In this document: in pieces, positions 38,914-48,200 of the stretch | Position numbering within the stretch: position 1 is the stretch's first letter | Layout of the letters: each line of letters starts with the position of its first letter | Assembly: GCA_002505695.1 (NCBI GenBank) | Contig: DAVU01000020.1 | Coordinates: forward strand, 97,107-161,106 | Source: Euryarchaeota archaeon UBA487 | GTDB lineage: Archaea > Thermoplasmatota > Poseidoniia > Poseidoniales > Thalassarchaeaceae | Direction of reading: 5' to 3' | DNA: 64,000 nt | The notes under the pieces: generated by a model | Database searches by the model: none | Seen by the model: only the letters and a program-made list of their open reading frames with translations | Told to the model about the DNA's origin: nothing | Position numbers and translations under genes: made by a program

Positions 38914-39102
38914 TCAAAGGGTTCTGTAGAGGAATTGGGACACCCATGAGATCATTATCACTATCATGAACCAACCCAGGGTCAACCGCATCACTCGATT
39001 ACGTTCTCGTTTTGGTGGAAATGGATCTATCCCCAACCTCATAGCCTCCGCAATTAGTTCTAGTTCCTCCTCGATTGTTTCTGGGTCCCTCTTGCTGTTC
39101 AT
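38914..39102 (-). CDS. Small single-TM hypothetical protein
   Basis: 62 aa, coupled to the AKR stop (ATGA overlap); acidic helix, GIDPFPP, C-terminal TM. Confidence 0.65.
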   Translation of the reverse strand: MNSKRDPETIEEELELIAEAMRLGIDPFPPKRERNRVMRLTLGWFMIVIMISWVSQFLYRTL

Positions 39103-39947
39103 GGCTCCACCGTCGGGTCCCATCCAGAGACATAATTGGAATCTAACTCATTCATCTCATCGATTATTCCTGAGAGATCGACATCCATGGATTGGAAGTT
39201 CTCAAGCTGTCTTCCGGGGTGGCTGGATTTCGGGATTACGACTGCCCCGTTATCTATACACCACTTTATCGCTGCCTGAGGAGCTGTGAATCCCAAACCC
39301 TCGCACATGGATTCCAGTCGTCTATCCTGTGCCTTTTGCCCCCTAGCTAATGGGGAGTATGCCATCGTCAGAGCTCCGATATCCTTGGTTGCCTGATGCA
39401 ATTCTTTCCTCTGAATCCAAGGATTCAATTCAACTTGGTTTACAGATGGTAAAATGCGAGCATAACTCTTGAGTTGCTCCAGATGGTGGAGACCGTAATT
39501 GCTCACCCCGATTGATCTTACCATCCCTTCAGAAAGAAGATCTTCCATCGCCCTCCAAACGGGCTCTCTGGCAGTAGGGTCCTCTGGTGGTGCGTGGACT
39601 AGGTAGAGGTCGATTTGCTCCAATCCCAACAATTCCAAACTGAGTCTGCAATGTTCGATCGTAGATTCATAACCAGTTGCATGCACTCTCCTCAACTTTG
39701 TGACGACAGTTATTTCTTCCCTCGGTACGCTTGAGTCCCTTATGGCCTCTCCAACCTCTTTTTCATTACCGTAAGCCCTGGCGGTATCGATCAATCTATA
39801 GCCGATTGATATTGCATTTGTCACCGCTTGAAGGCACTCACCGGGTTGACTCATCATCCAAACCCCAAGTCCAATCACAGGCATGTCTATTCCTGAGATT
39901 CCCTCCTTGGTATTCGCATCATGATTCACTGCTCTCAGTTCGGCCAT
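39099..39947 (-). CDS. Aldo/keto reductase (2,5-DKG reductase-like)
   Basis: GLGVW, IDTARAYGNE, TKL, DLYLVH, IGVSNY, NQVE, AYSPL, IPKS. Confidence 0.93.
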   Translation of the reverse strand: MAELRAVNHDANTKEGISGIDMPVIGLGVWMMSQPGECLQAVTNAISIGYRLIDTARAYGNEKEVGEAIRDSSVPREEITVVTKLRRVHATGYESTIEHCRLSLELLGLEQIDLYLVHAPPEDPTAREPVWRAMEDLLSEGMVRSIGVSNYGLHHLEQLKSYARILPSVNQVELNPWIQRKELHQATKDIGALTMAYSPLARGQKAQDRRLESMCEGLGFTAPQAAIKWCIDNGAVVIPKSSHPGRQLENFQSMDVDLSGIIDEMNELDSNYVSGWDPTVEP

Positions 39948-40000
39948 AATAACCGGAGGAAGTGATCAGTTTTAGCGCTACGGAGTGAGGAAAATTGTGT

Positions 40001-40366
40001 TTATGTCAATATTGACATGAATTTCCAACCCCCCAGCGCCATCAATGGACATCCCAACGATGTCAGGCCAACATACATTGCCATAGAGGGGAATCCGGAA
40101 GAGTTGCCGATCTCAACTGTTTGTAATGCGTATGCGGACATAGTCGTAAATGAGCCAAGTAGGCCGATGCCCAACAAATGTACGGTTTCCTTCGAGGCAT
40201 GACCCATTGAAAACCCAGCCATAAGTGCCCCCAGACCGAATGAGCCGATCAGATTTATCGATAAGGTAGCAGTCGAAATGTTGGATGTGGGGAAAATTGA
40301 TTCCGAAGACCACCTAAGGACCGCTCCGATCGCACCCCCAAGGGCAACGAGGAGTACGTTTTGCAT
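40001..40366 (-). CDS. crcB: Fluoride channel Fluc/CrcB homologue
   Basis: GGAIGAVLR, TLSINLIGSF, GLLGSFTTMSAY; 121 aa with four TMs. Confidence 0.85.
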   Translation of the reverse strand: MQNVLLVALGGAIGAVLRWSSESIFPTSNISTATLSINLIGSFGLGALMAGFSMGHASKETVHLLGIGLLGSFTTMSAYALQTVEIGNSSGFPSMAMYVGLTSLGCPLMALGGWKFMSILT

Positions 40367-40475
40367 GGCCAAATCTAGTAGACTAGGAAAATAGAAGTTG
40401 TCGCAAAAAAATGAAGATGAAATAGATTTGTGGGGCATTACAGGATTTCATTTGGGGGTGGTGTCACAAGGTGGT

Positions 40476-42137
40476 GTGGATTCACAACACAGTTCACCGG
40501 ATAATCGGACGGGAGAAAGTTTCCCCTCCTGCCTCAGAGATGACAGTCAATCCTCTCCCAAGAGATGGGTCTTCCTCCTCTACGACCAACTCAACCTATC
40601 GTTGATACCCTTCCATGACGAACATCCAACTGAAACTGGACTCATTCTCATCGAGTCAATTGCAAAGGGCACTAGTCGTCCTTATCACAAACAAAAGATC
40701 GCAGTGTTGATTTCAAACATGCGTCATTTTGCAATTGAGGCCCAGAAAAAGGGTCACCCTGTTTCATACATCATGACGAAGGAGGATTATTCAGTCACAC
40801 TCCAAAATCTAGGTGGTTTAGGAACCATTCACACAATCAGGGCCGCCGAGAAGTCTACGCGAGATGAGTTATCCCCCCTGATTGATTCCGGACTGCTCAT
40901 TGAGCATCCCCACAATGGATGGATTACGCCCATCGATTGGTTCACAGAGGCCCTCGGAACAAAGCCTCCTTTCAGAATGGCACCCTTCTATCAAAAATTC
41001 AGGCAGGAAACTGGCATATTGATGCATGATTCCAAACCTATTGGCGGAAAATATTCGTTTGATTCGGAGAACAGGTCCCCATGGGACGGAATGCATGATC
41101 TACCCGAACCTCCATCCTATCGCAGAGATAACATTGACCTAGAAGTGGAGGAACTTGTAAACTCAAGATTTGAAGAGCATCCAGGCTCAGTTGACCTTTC
41201 TGCTCAGCCAACGACGATCAGCCAGGCGAACGATGCGTTGGACTATGCAATTTCAGTACTGCCTTTATTCGGGAAGTATGAAGATGCCATGACTACACAG
41301 TCTAGGGGTCTATTTCACAGCAGGCTGGCCTCAGTGCTAAATCTGAGTAGGCTGCTCCCCATGGATGTTGTTGACAGGGTACTCTCCACGGACGCCCCAA
41401 TAAATAGCGTTGAAGGCTTCATTCGACAAATTGTCTGGAGGGAATACGTCCACCACATCCACGTGGTGACAGATGGCTTTCAGAATTTGGAGGTGAACAG
41501 GACCCTCAACACCGAGAACGACGCCGGGTGGTGGAAATCTGAACGTAAAGGCGTTGATCCAAAGCATAACCCCAATCACCTGAGTCAGAATCGTAAACTT
41601 CCAGTTGCTTATTGGGGTGAGAAATCAGGATTAAATTGCCTCGACCAAACTGTTCAATCAGTCATGGAAGATGGGTGGACCCACCACATTCCGAGGCTGA
41701 TGGTTCAAAGTAACATCGCTAGCCTACTAGATGTGAATCCCAGAGAGCTTACCGACTGGTTTCACGCATCATTCATCGATGCATACGACTGGGTCGTGGA
41801 GCCAAATGTAATGGGAATGGGAACTTATGCACTGGGCGATTCAATGATGACCAAGCCCTATGTATCGGGGACTCCTTACATAAATCGCATGGGGGACTAT
41901 TGTAAATCATGCTCTCTTGACCCAAAGAAAACTTGTCCCATATCCTCGCTTTACTGGGCTTACCTGGAAAGACATAGGAGCGCGTTTGAAGGTAATTTCA
42001 GAATGTCGATGCCACTAAGGACGCTCTCTAAAAGATCGGAAAACAAGAAAATTGACGATCGCATCGTGTTCGAATCCGTATACGAAAGCCTCTCTGCGGG
42101 CAGGATCTGGAGACCTGACGGAAGTCAGACGCTGTGA
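40476..42137 (+). CDS. FeS-type cryptochrome/(6-4) photolyase (PhrB/CryB-like); start uncertain
   Basis: LYDQL, HKQKI...MRHFA, GGKYSFDSENR, HHIPRLM, DAYDWVVEPNV, KPYVSG..YINRMGDYCKSC...CP, plus an upstream NCL Cys (four cluster ligands). Confidence 0.9.
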   Translation: MDSQHSSPDNRTGESFPSCLRDDSQSSPKRWVFLLYDQLNLSLIPFHDEHPTETGLILIESIAKGTSRPYHKQKIAVLISNMRHFAIEAQKKGHPVSYIMTKEDYSVTLQNLGGLGTIHTIRAAEKSTRDELSPLIDSGLLIEHPHNGWITPIDWFTEALGTKPPFRMAPFYQKFRQETGILMHDSKPIGGKYSFDSENRSPWDGMHDLPEPPSYRRDNIDLEVEELVNSRFEEHPGSVDLSAQPTTISQANDALDYAISVLPLFGKYEDAMTTQSRGLFHSRLASVLNLSRLLPMDVVDRVLSTDAPINSVEGFIRQIVWREYVHHIHVVTDGFQNLEVNRTLNTENDAGWWKSERKGVDPKHNPNHLSQNRKLPVAYWGEKSGLNCLDQTVQSVMEDGWTHHIPRLMVQSNIASLLDVNPRELTDWFHASFIDAYDWVVEPNVMGMGTYALGDSMMTKPYVSGTPYINRMGDYCKSCSLDPKKTCPISSLYWAYLERHRSAFEGNFRMSMPLRTLSKRSENKKIDDRIVFESVYESLSAGRIWRPDGSQTL

Positions 42138-42187
42138 TTCTTTTTTCAGTCATAGTGATTAGATACCTCCGTAGGCTCGGATATAGT

Positions 42188-43693
42188 GTGAATGGCTATT
42201 CAAATCGGCTTCCTAAGGAGCCTCGGCTTGCTTCGAGCGCAGTAATCACTAGATATGTGAACGGAGATGTGGAGATGTTGATGGGACTAAGACACCCAGA
42301 AGTCCCCACCTTCCCCGAATTTTGGGCCTTTCCCGGAGGGGGTGTTTCCCCCCAAGATAGAAAATTTTCGGACGACAGGATCTTTCTAGCGGGTCGGAAG
42401 GAGGGGGCCTCGATCGTGACGCTTTTCAGAGAACTGGCGGAAGAAACTGGGTTTGTTCTCGATACCGGTGGTGAATGGGTGGTTGTGAGCGATTCTATCA
42501 GAAAAAGGCTCTGTACAGACAACACCGCTTGGGCCGAGGCAATCGATGAGGGTATTTTCACAATTGACGAAAGATTGGCTTCCCTTGTCACCGAACGAAC
42601 CACGCCCCCTCTAGCACCTGTTCGCTATACGAACAGATTTTATCACATACATTTCGGAGGGGCCGACATAGAACCGAAGCACCCGCCCGGGAGAAGTGAA
42701 TTTACCCAATTCAAGTGGTGGGCTCCTAAAGAACTGCTATCTGAATGGCAATACGGCCGAGCAAGGATGGCCCCCCCACAAGTCACCTTTGTTAGGGACA
42801 TTGTTGAACAGAGTATCGATGGAGAAGGGGTTCTTTCGACATTGTCCAAGATGTCAAAGATCCCCCCGATGGGACGACATAAGATAGAATTTGCACCGGG
42901 TGTCGAGTGCCTGCCAATACCAACGGCCACACTCCCTCCCGCCACCCATACCAATTGCTTCATCATCGGCAGGGGCAAAAAAGTCCTGATCGTGGATCCT
43001 GCGATTCAGAACCAGGAAGGTTTTGAAATCCTCAGAAGGAGGCTAATTGAGTTACAAGGAGAGGGTAAAACTGTGATGGGGGTGTTATACACCCATAAGC
43101 ACCCGGATCACATTGGCGATCAGTCAATGATCAAAGTGTTGCTAGATGGCCAGATCTTGGCCTCTGCTGAGACTATCGAGGAAATAGGATGTGGCACTGA
43201 GATAGCGGATGGTCAGGTAATTGACTTGTTGGATGGATATCCATGGACTGTAATCGAGACTCCTGGGCATTGCCCTGGCATGGTTTCGCTGGTCTCCGAG
43301 ATGGGGGTTTTGTCAGCTGACAATGTGACAATGGTGGGCACAATCCTTGTTCCCTCGAAAGACGGTTCAATGACAAAGTACTTCCGCAGTCTTGAACGAC
43401 TCAAGGCCCTCAGACCCAAGCTTCTTTTCCCGAGTCATGGCCCTGTTTGCGCCTCGCCAGATAGGCTGCTCGGAAGAACTATCAATCATCGTAAACAGAG
43501 GCATGAGAGGATTTTGAAGGCCATCCAGAGTGGCATCCATAGTCTAGCTGAGATAACTCTGGAAGCATATCAAGACTCGCCAGGTGCTCCAGTCGCGCTA
43601 TCAAGGGACCAAGCGCTTTCCCACATCAATGGACTGATCGAGCAACGCCTAGTGATAGAATCAGATGATGGCTACCGTGCCCTGAGTCAATAG
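42188..43693 (+). CDS. NUDIX hydrolase-metallo-beta-lactamase (LACTB2-like) fusion
   Basis: FPGGG...RELAEETG Nudix box; TLPPATHTN, THKHPDHIG, TPGH, PSHG MBL motifs; C-terminal wHTH-like segment. Confidence 0.85.
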   Translation: MNGYSNRLPKEPRLASSAVITRYVNGDVEMLMGLRHPEVPTFPEFWAFPGGGVSPQDRKFSDDRIFLAGRKEGASIVTLFRELAEETGFVLDTGGEWVVVSDSIRKRLCTDNTAWAEAIDEGIFTIDERLASLVTERTTPPLAPVRYTNRFYHIHFGGADIEPKHPPGRSEFTQFKWWAPKELLSEWQYGRARMAPPQVTFVRDIVEQSIDGEGVLSTLSKMSKIPPMGRHKIEFAPGVECLPIPTATLPPATHTNCFIIGRGKKVLIVDPAIQNQEGFEILRRRLIELQGEGKTVMGVLYTHKHPDHIGDQSMIKVLLDGQILASAETIEEIGCGTEIADGQVIDLLDGYPWTVIETPGHCPGMVSLVSEMGVLSADNVTMVGTILVPSKDGSMTKYFRSLERLKALRPKLLFPSHGPVCASPDRLLGRTINHRKQRHERILKAIQSGIHSLAEITLEAYQDSPGAPVALSRDQALSHINGLIEQRLVIESDDGYRALSQ

Positions 43694-43733
43694 TAGGCCA
43701 AGGTTCATCTCTTCTTCGGTCTTCCGGGCCCAC

Positions 43734-44324
43734 ATGGATGGCGCTACAATCGCATTACTGGCCGGTTCGAGTTGTTTTGGGATAGTCCTTTTAATCACTC
43801 TTTTTTGGAGCATAGGGCTCTACAACAGGATAGTTCGAAAAGAGAACAGAGTCGAACAGTCTTGGTCCAACGTGGATGTCGTCCTCCAACAACGATATGA
43901 TCAGTTTACCAGCCTCGTTGAGACAGTATCAGGATATGCAAAGCACGAAAAGGACCTTTTCATGCAATTTGCAGATGTACGAATGGCCGCCTCTGGCGCA
44001 TCAAAAGGCGGCGACGTCGGAGGTGTTTCTAAGAACGAAGCCCTATTGGGACAGATGCTACCAAAAATTTATGCCGTTGCAGAACAGTACCCAGACCTCA
44101 AAGCAAATGAGTCCTTCCTCCAGCTCCAAAATCAAATAAGTGAAATCGAGAATATAATCAGCGACAGGAGAGAATCCTACAATGCTGAAGCAACCAGTTT
44201 CAACAACCTGATCGAGGTTTTCCCAAACGTCATCATTGCCAATTGGATGGGCAAATCTGAGATGGAATTGTTCGTGATGGATGACCTAGACCAGAGGAAA
44301 AGGCCTTCTCTCGAATTCAATTGA
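43734..44324 (+). CDS. lemA: LemA family protein
   Basis: N-terminal TM, WSNVDVVLQQRYD, YAKHE, EQYPDLKANESF, RRESYN, FPNVIIA. Confidence 0.93.
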   Translation: MDGATIALLAGSSCFGIVLLITLFWSIGLYNRIVRKENRVEQSWSNVDVVLQQRYDQFTSLVETVSGYAKHEKDLFMQFADVRMAASGASKGGDVGGVSKNEALLGQMLPKIYAVAEQYPDLKANESFLQLQNQISEIENIISDRRESYNAEATSFNNLIEVFPNVIIANWMGKSEMELFVMDDLDQRKRPSLEFN

Positions 44325-44348
44325 TCGTGGCAGGTTTGTGTTCGAGGC

Positions 44349-45212
44349 GTGAGAATTGTGGACGATCCTTGGAAGTCCATGCCGAAAAACAATGGCTTTG
44401 AATCCGAATCCAGAATGATAGAGATGGATGATGGATGGCAGCTGCGTGTCGTCATCTGCTCGCCTCAATCAGCAGTTGATGCTCCTCCATTGGTAATGGT
44501 GCCTGGTTGGAATAGTGTTCTGGAGGGCTGGCGAGAGATCGTCGAGACCTGGGCACTCACTAGGAGAGTGTATTACATAGAAACCAGAGAGAAAGGAAGT
44601 GCGCAATCCAAAGGGAAATTGAGAAAGTCAACACTATCGATACAACAAAGTGTCCAGGATCTCTTGACTGTGATTGGGAATTTCCCCGAGGTCCAGTCAG
44701 AATGCGATTGGTTCGCCTCATCTCTGGGTGCGACCGTCTTGCTAGAAGCATTGAATCAGGATGTTTTCAAAGCTAGGAGCGTGTCATTATTAGCCCCAAA
44801 CGTCAGCTTCGACTTTCCATTATGGAGCAGGCCCTTGATAAAAATGCCCAGTATCTTCTACCCCCCACTGATCAGGCTAGCAATATTTTACCTGAGTATC
44901 AAATTGAAGGAGGAGGGTCAGAAGGTACGTTATCGAAGAACATTGCTCTCATCCAATGTTAAGAGGCTTAGGCTAAGTGCATTGTCCAATGGATCATACA
45001 AAATGGATATTGACCTCTCCAAGGTAGTTTCCAGAGTGGCTCTAATCACTGCAGAATCAGACAAATTACATGCAGATAGCGCGATAGCCTTTCTTATGGA
45101 AAATCTTCCCCGGGTAGCCTTAATTGAGGTCCCAAGTAATCAATTTGCCCATAACCCAGAAGTCATTCCAATTCTGGAGGCTTTCCAAAATGGCGATCGC
45201 CCACCCAAATAG
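44349..45212 (+). CDS. Alpha/beta hydrolase
   Basis: VMVPGW oxyanion segment, A-S-S-L-G nucleophile elbow, putative Asp (ESDKLH) and His (FAHNP). Confidence 0.75.
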   Translation: MRIVDDPWKSMPKNNGFESESRMIEMDDGWQLRVVICSPQSAVDAPPLVMVPGWNSVLEGWREIVETWALTRRVYYIETREKGSAQSKGKLRKSTLSIQQSVQDLLTVIGNFPEVQSECDWFASSLGATVLLEALNQDVFKARSVSLLAPNVSFDFPLWSRPLIKMPSIFYPPLIRLAIFYLSIKLKEEGQKVRYRRTLLSSNVKRLRLSALSNGSYKMDIDLSKVVSRVALITAESDKLHADSAIAFLMENLPRVALIEVPSNQFAHNPEVIPILEAFQNGDRPPK

Positions 45213-45274
45213 TCCTCCAGCGACACATATCGAAGTCGAGATTATACATGGTCTGCATCATAGGGAGTATAGAT

Positions 45275-48200
45275 ATGAATTACGGTAGGGCGAAAAGCGC
45301 CATTTTTCTATCTTTCTTGATCATCGTGATGGATGCATCAGCTGGAGCATCAATGGTGAATCAAAACTCATTCTCGGGGGTCGAGGAATGGCCCTCCTAT
45401 GAGATCCCCTACGACGCCAGTGACCCGGTCGAGGAGCCAGGCTGGTGGTTATCTTTTGGATACGATACCAATTCGAATGGCATGGATGATCGATTGGAGG
45501 GCATAATCTACGGATCGTCGGAGTCAATCTCTCCAACATCTGTGGTAGGCCCAGATGGTAGAAAAACTGTCGCAGTGGTGATAAACTACGCTTGGCACCC
45601 AGGGGAATCGGACGCGGATTCTCTGAATTCAACTCTGTTGGGCCATGGTTGGACCCCGGAAGGATCCTTTTTCTTCATAATGGACATTTTGGATTCAATT
45701 GTGGTTGACAGAGTTCCGGTTTCGGCATTGAATGACATACTTTCTTTGAGTGGAGTTGTCCTCGTTGAACAACAGAATGTGCTGGAGCCCTACCTAAATG
45801 TGGCCACTAAGGGCTCCAAGGTACGGTCCAGTGATTTTTACCCTGAGTCTTTCTGGAGCAACGGTTACATGGGCGATGGTGTTGTAATCGCTGTTCTGGA
45901 CACGGGAGTTGATAACGAGCATTTCTCACTGGACGACTTCTCCGACGCTAACCAAGACAATCAGAACGAGCCCAGCGACCTAAATGACCCGAAATGGGTA
46001 GCTGGATGCGATGCAACCTCCAGCAACCAAGTAGAGTGTTCAGATGGTAATTTCGATCCGGATGATGGAGATGGCCACGGCACCCATGTGGCAGGAATCG
46101 CACTGGGCACCGGTGATTCGGATCGTGACAACATAGGATACTCCCCGGGATCGTATCTCATTGACGTTAAAGTTCTCAACGACATTGGTACAACGAACTC
46201 TCAGGCAACGCTACGTGGCATAAACTGGGTGGCGAACAACGTCAATACAGACTGGGGCAACAACGAATCCAGCAGGGGTATCGATGTGATGTCTATGTCT
46301 TTTGGTTCAATCAGCAACCCCGGAGGTGACGATCAAGGGGATGATGGCCAGAATGCGGATGCAAGGGCAGTTAATGCTGCAGTAGATGCAGGCGTGGTAG
46401 CTGTAGCAGCCATAGGGAATGATGGAGCCAACAGAGTGACCTCCGTTGGTGCTGCCGACAAGGCGATTACAGTTGGCTCCATAGATGATGATAACTCCAT
46501 AGAGAGGGATGATGATGAAATTGCTTCCTATTCCAACTATGGGCCAAGAACAGACGATGGCGATGGAGATTCTCTGGATGAGTTGAAGCCCGACGTAGTA
46601 GCACCTGGAAGTGGAATCATTTCTGCTCAATATGCGGCCCCAAACCCACTTCCTGTTGGCGATCAACCCAGAGCCTCTGACGATTACACGAGTAAAGACG
46701 GAACAAGCATGGCCTGCCCCGCAGTTGCTGGTCTCGCGGCACTGATACTCTCATATGACAATACATTGACACCAGAGGATGTCAAAAACATCATCAAACA
46801 AACCGCCGAACAAAGAGGAGCCCCCAGTAGCCCTTCGATTGATAATAGGTGGAACAATCAATACGGATATGGCATAATCGACGGCGAGACTGCATTCCGT
46901 TGCCTGATCGGGGGCGAATGCACCCAGATCGTTGGCGGGGCGGAATGGGTTCATGTTCAGTCCCCTCTTGAGGGAGAATGGGTAGCTCAGGGAAAAAACT
47001 ACTCTTTCAGTGGCATACTCAACAAGAGCGATCCGGGCATCAGCGGGGTCGACGCAATTGAAGTAAGTGCTGAGCTAACCTACAGAAAAGAGATGCCGAA
47101 TGGTAAGATTGAATCATTCAAGACCATGGTATTGAACGAAACGAATATCAGTTTAGTTGAAGGAAGGTGGACCACGACTGTATTCGTTCCTGAGATAGAT
47201 GTGAATGACTATTACAACGCAAATCTCAGACTATCTGCCACGGCGACAAATGAGTCAGGAAGAAGGAGCCAGACCAATCAAAGCACGCATCCCATTGGAA
47301 ATATAGAGGTAGGGATATCAGCGCCGGAACAGGACTCGGTCGTTTCGGGTTCGATGCCCGTCGAAGGATCTTATTCGACAATCGATGGGGGGTTCTTGCG
47401 CTGGAAGATAGACAACGGCGATTGGGAGGATGGGCCGACTCTGTCGGAGCAGAATATCAATCGAGATGGGTACACAGGTGAGTTCCAATTCTCAATAGAC
47501 ACCCAAGACTACGAGGAGGGTGAACATGATCTCTATCTCCAGGTGATCTCGGGCAAGGGTCTGAAGAGCGAAGTTGAGCGCAGAACGATTGACATCGATA
47601 ACCTGCCCCCAAGGCCTAACCTCATATTGATGGATGGGGTGCAGGTGACTGACTACGGGATTCCAATCAGGGATTCCCAGGTTGGATCATTTCTCGAGGT
47701 ACGAGGAGAGGTAAGAAACGAAGGAGACGTTGGCGCCAACGACATACTGGTTTCACTCTTTGAGAACGGGCAACGGAGGTATGAGACCACCATAGAAAGG
47801 GTATCCGTTGGCGAGCAAGTTCCCTTCACGCTCTACTGGAGCCCATCCATTGCTGGTACCAAGGAGGTCAAAGTGATAGTTGACAATACCAACTCCATAG
47901 AGGAATTGGACGAGGCCGACAACACCGCGTCGATCGACTTTGAAGTCAATTCACTAGCGGAGGGAGTGGATATCGTGGTTCTGGAAGGAGGGGTATTTGC
48001 TTCGCCGGCCATCCCCACGCCCGGTGATCAGTTCATACTCAGCACGATGGTGAAAAATCAAGGATCTGAAGATGCATCTTCCGTTGAGGTCACATTCTAC
48101 TCGATGAGCTCTGGAGGAGTTGGTTGGTTGCCGGTTTCTTCCAGATCCTTGTCAATGCTTCCATCGGGACAGAGTGTGATAATTGAGTTCCCAGTCCAAG

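Noticed and set aside
40367-40475. Fluoride riboswitch upstream of crcB
   Set aside because: No GGCGATGG-type consensus or pseudoknot seen; the region is AT-rich and promoter-like.
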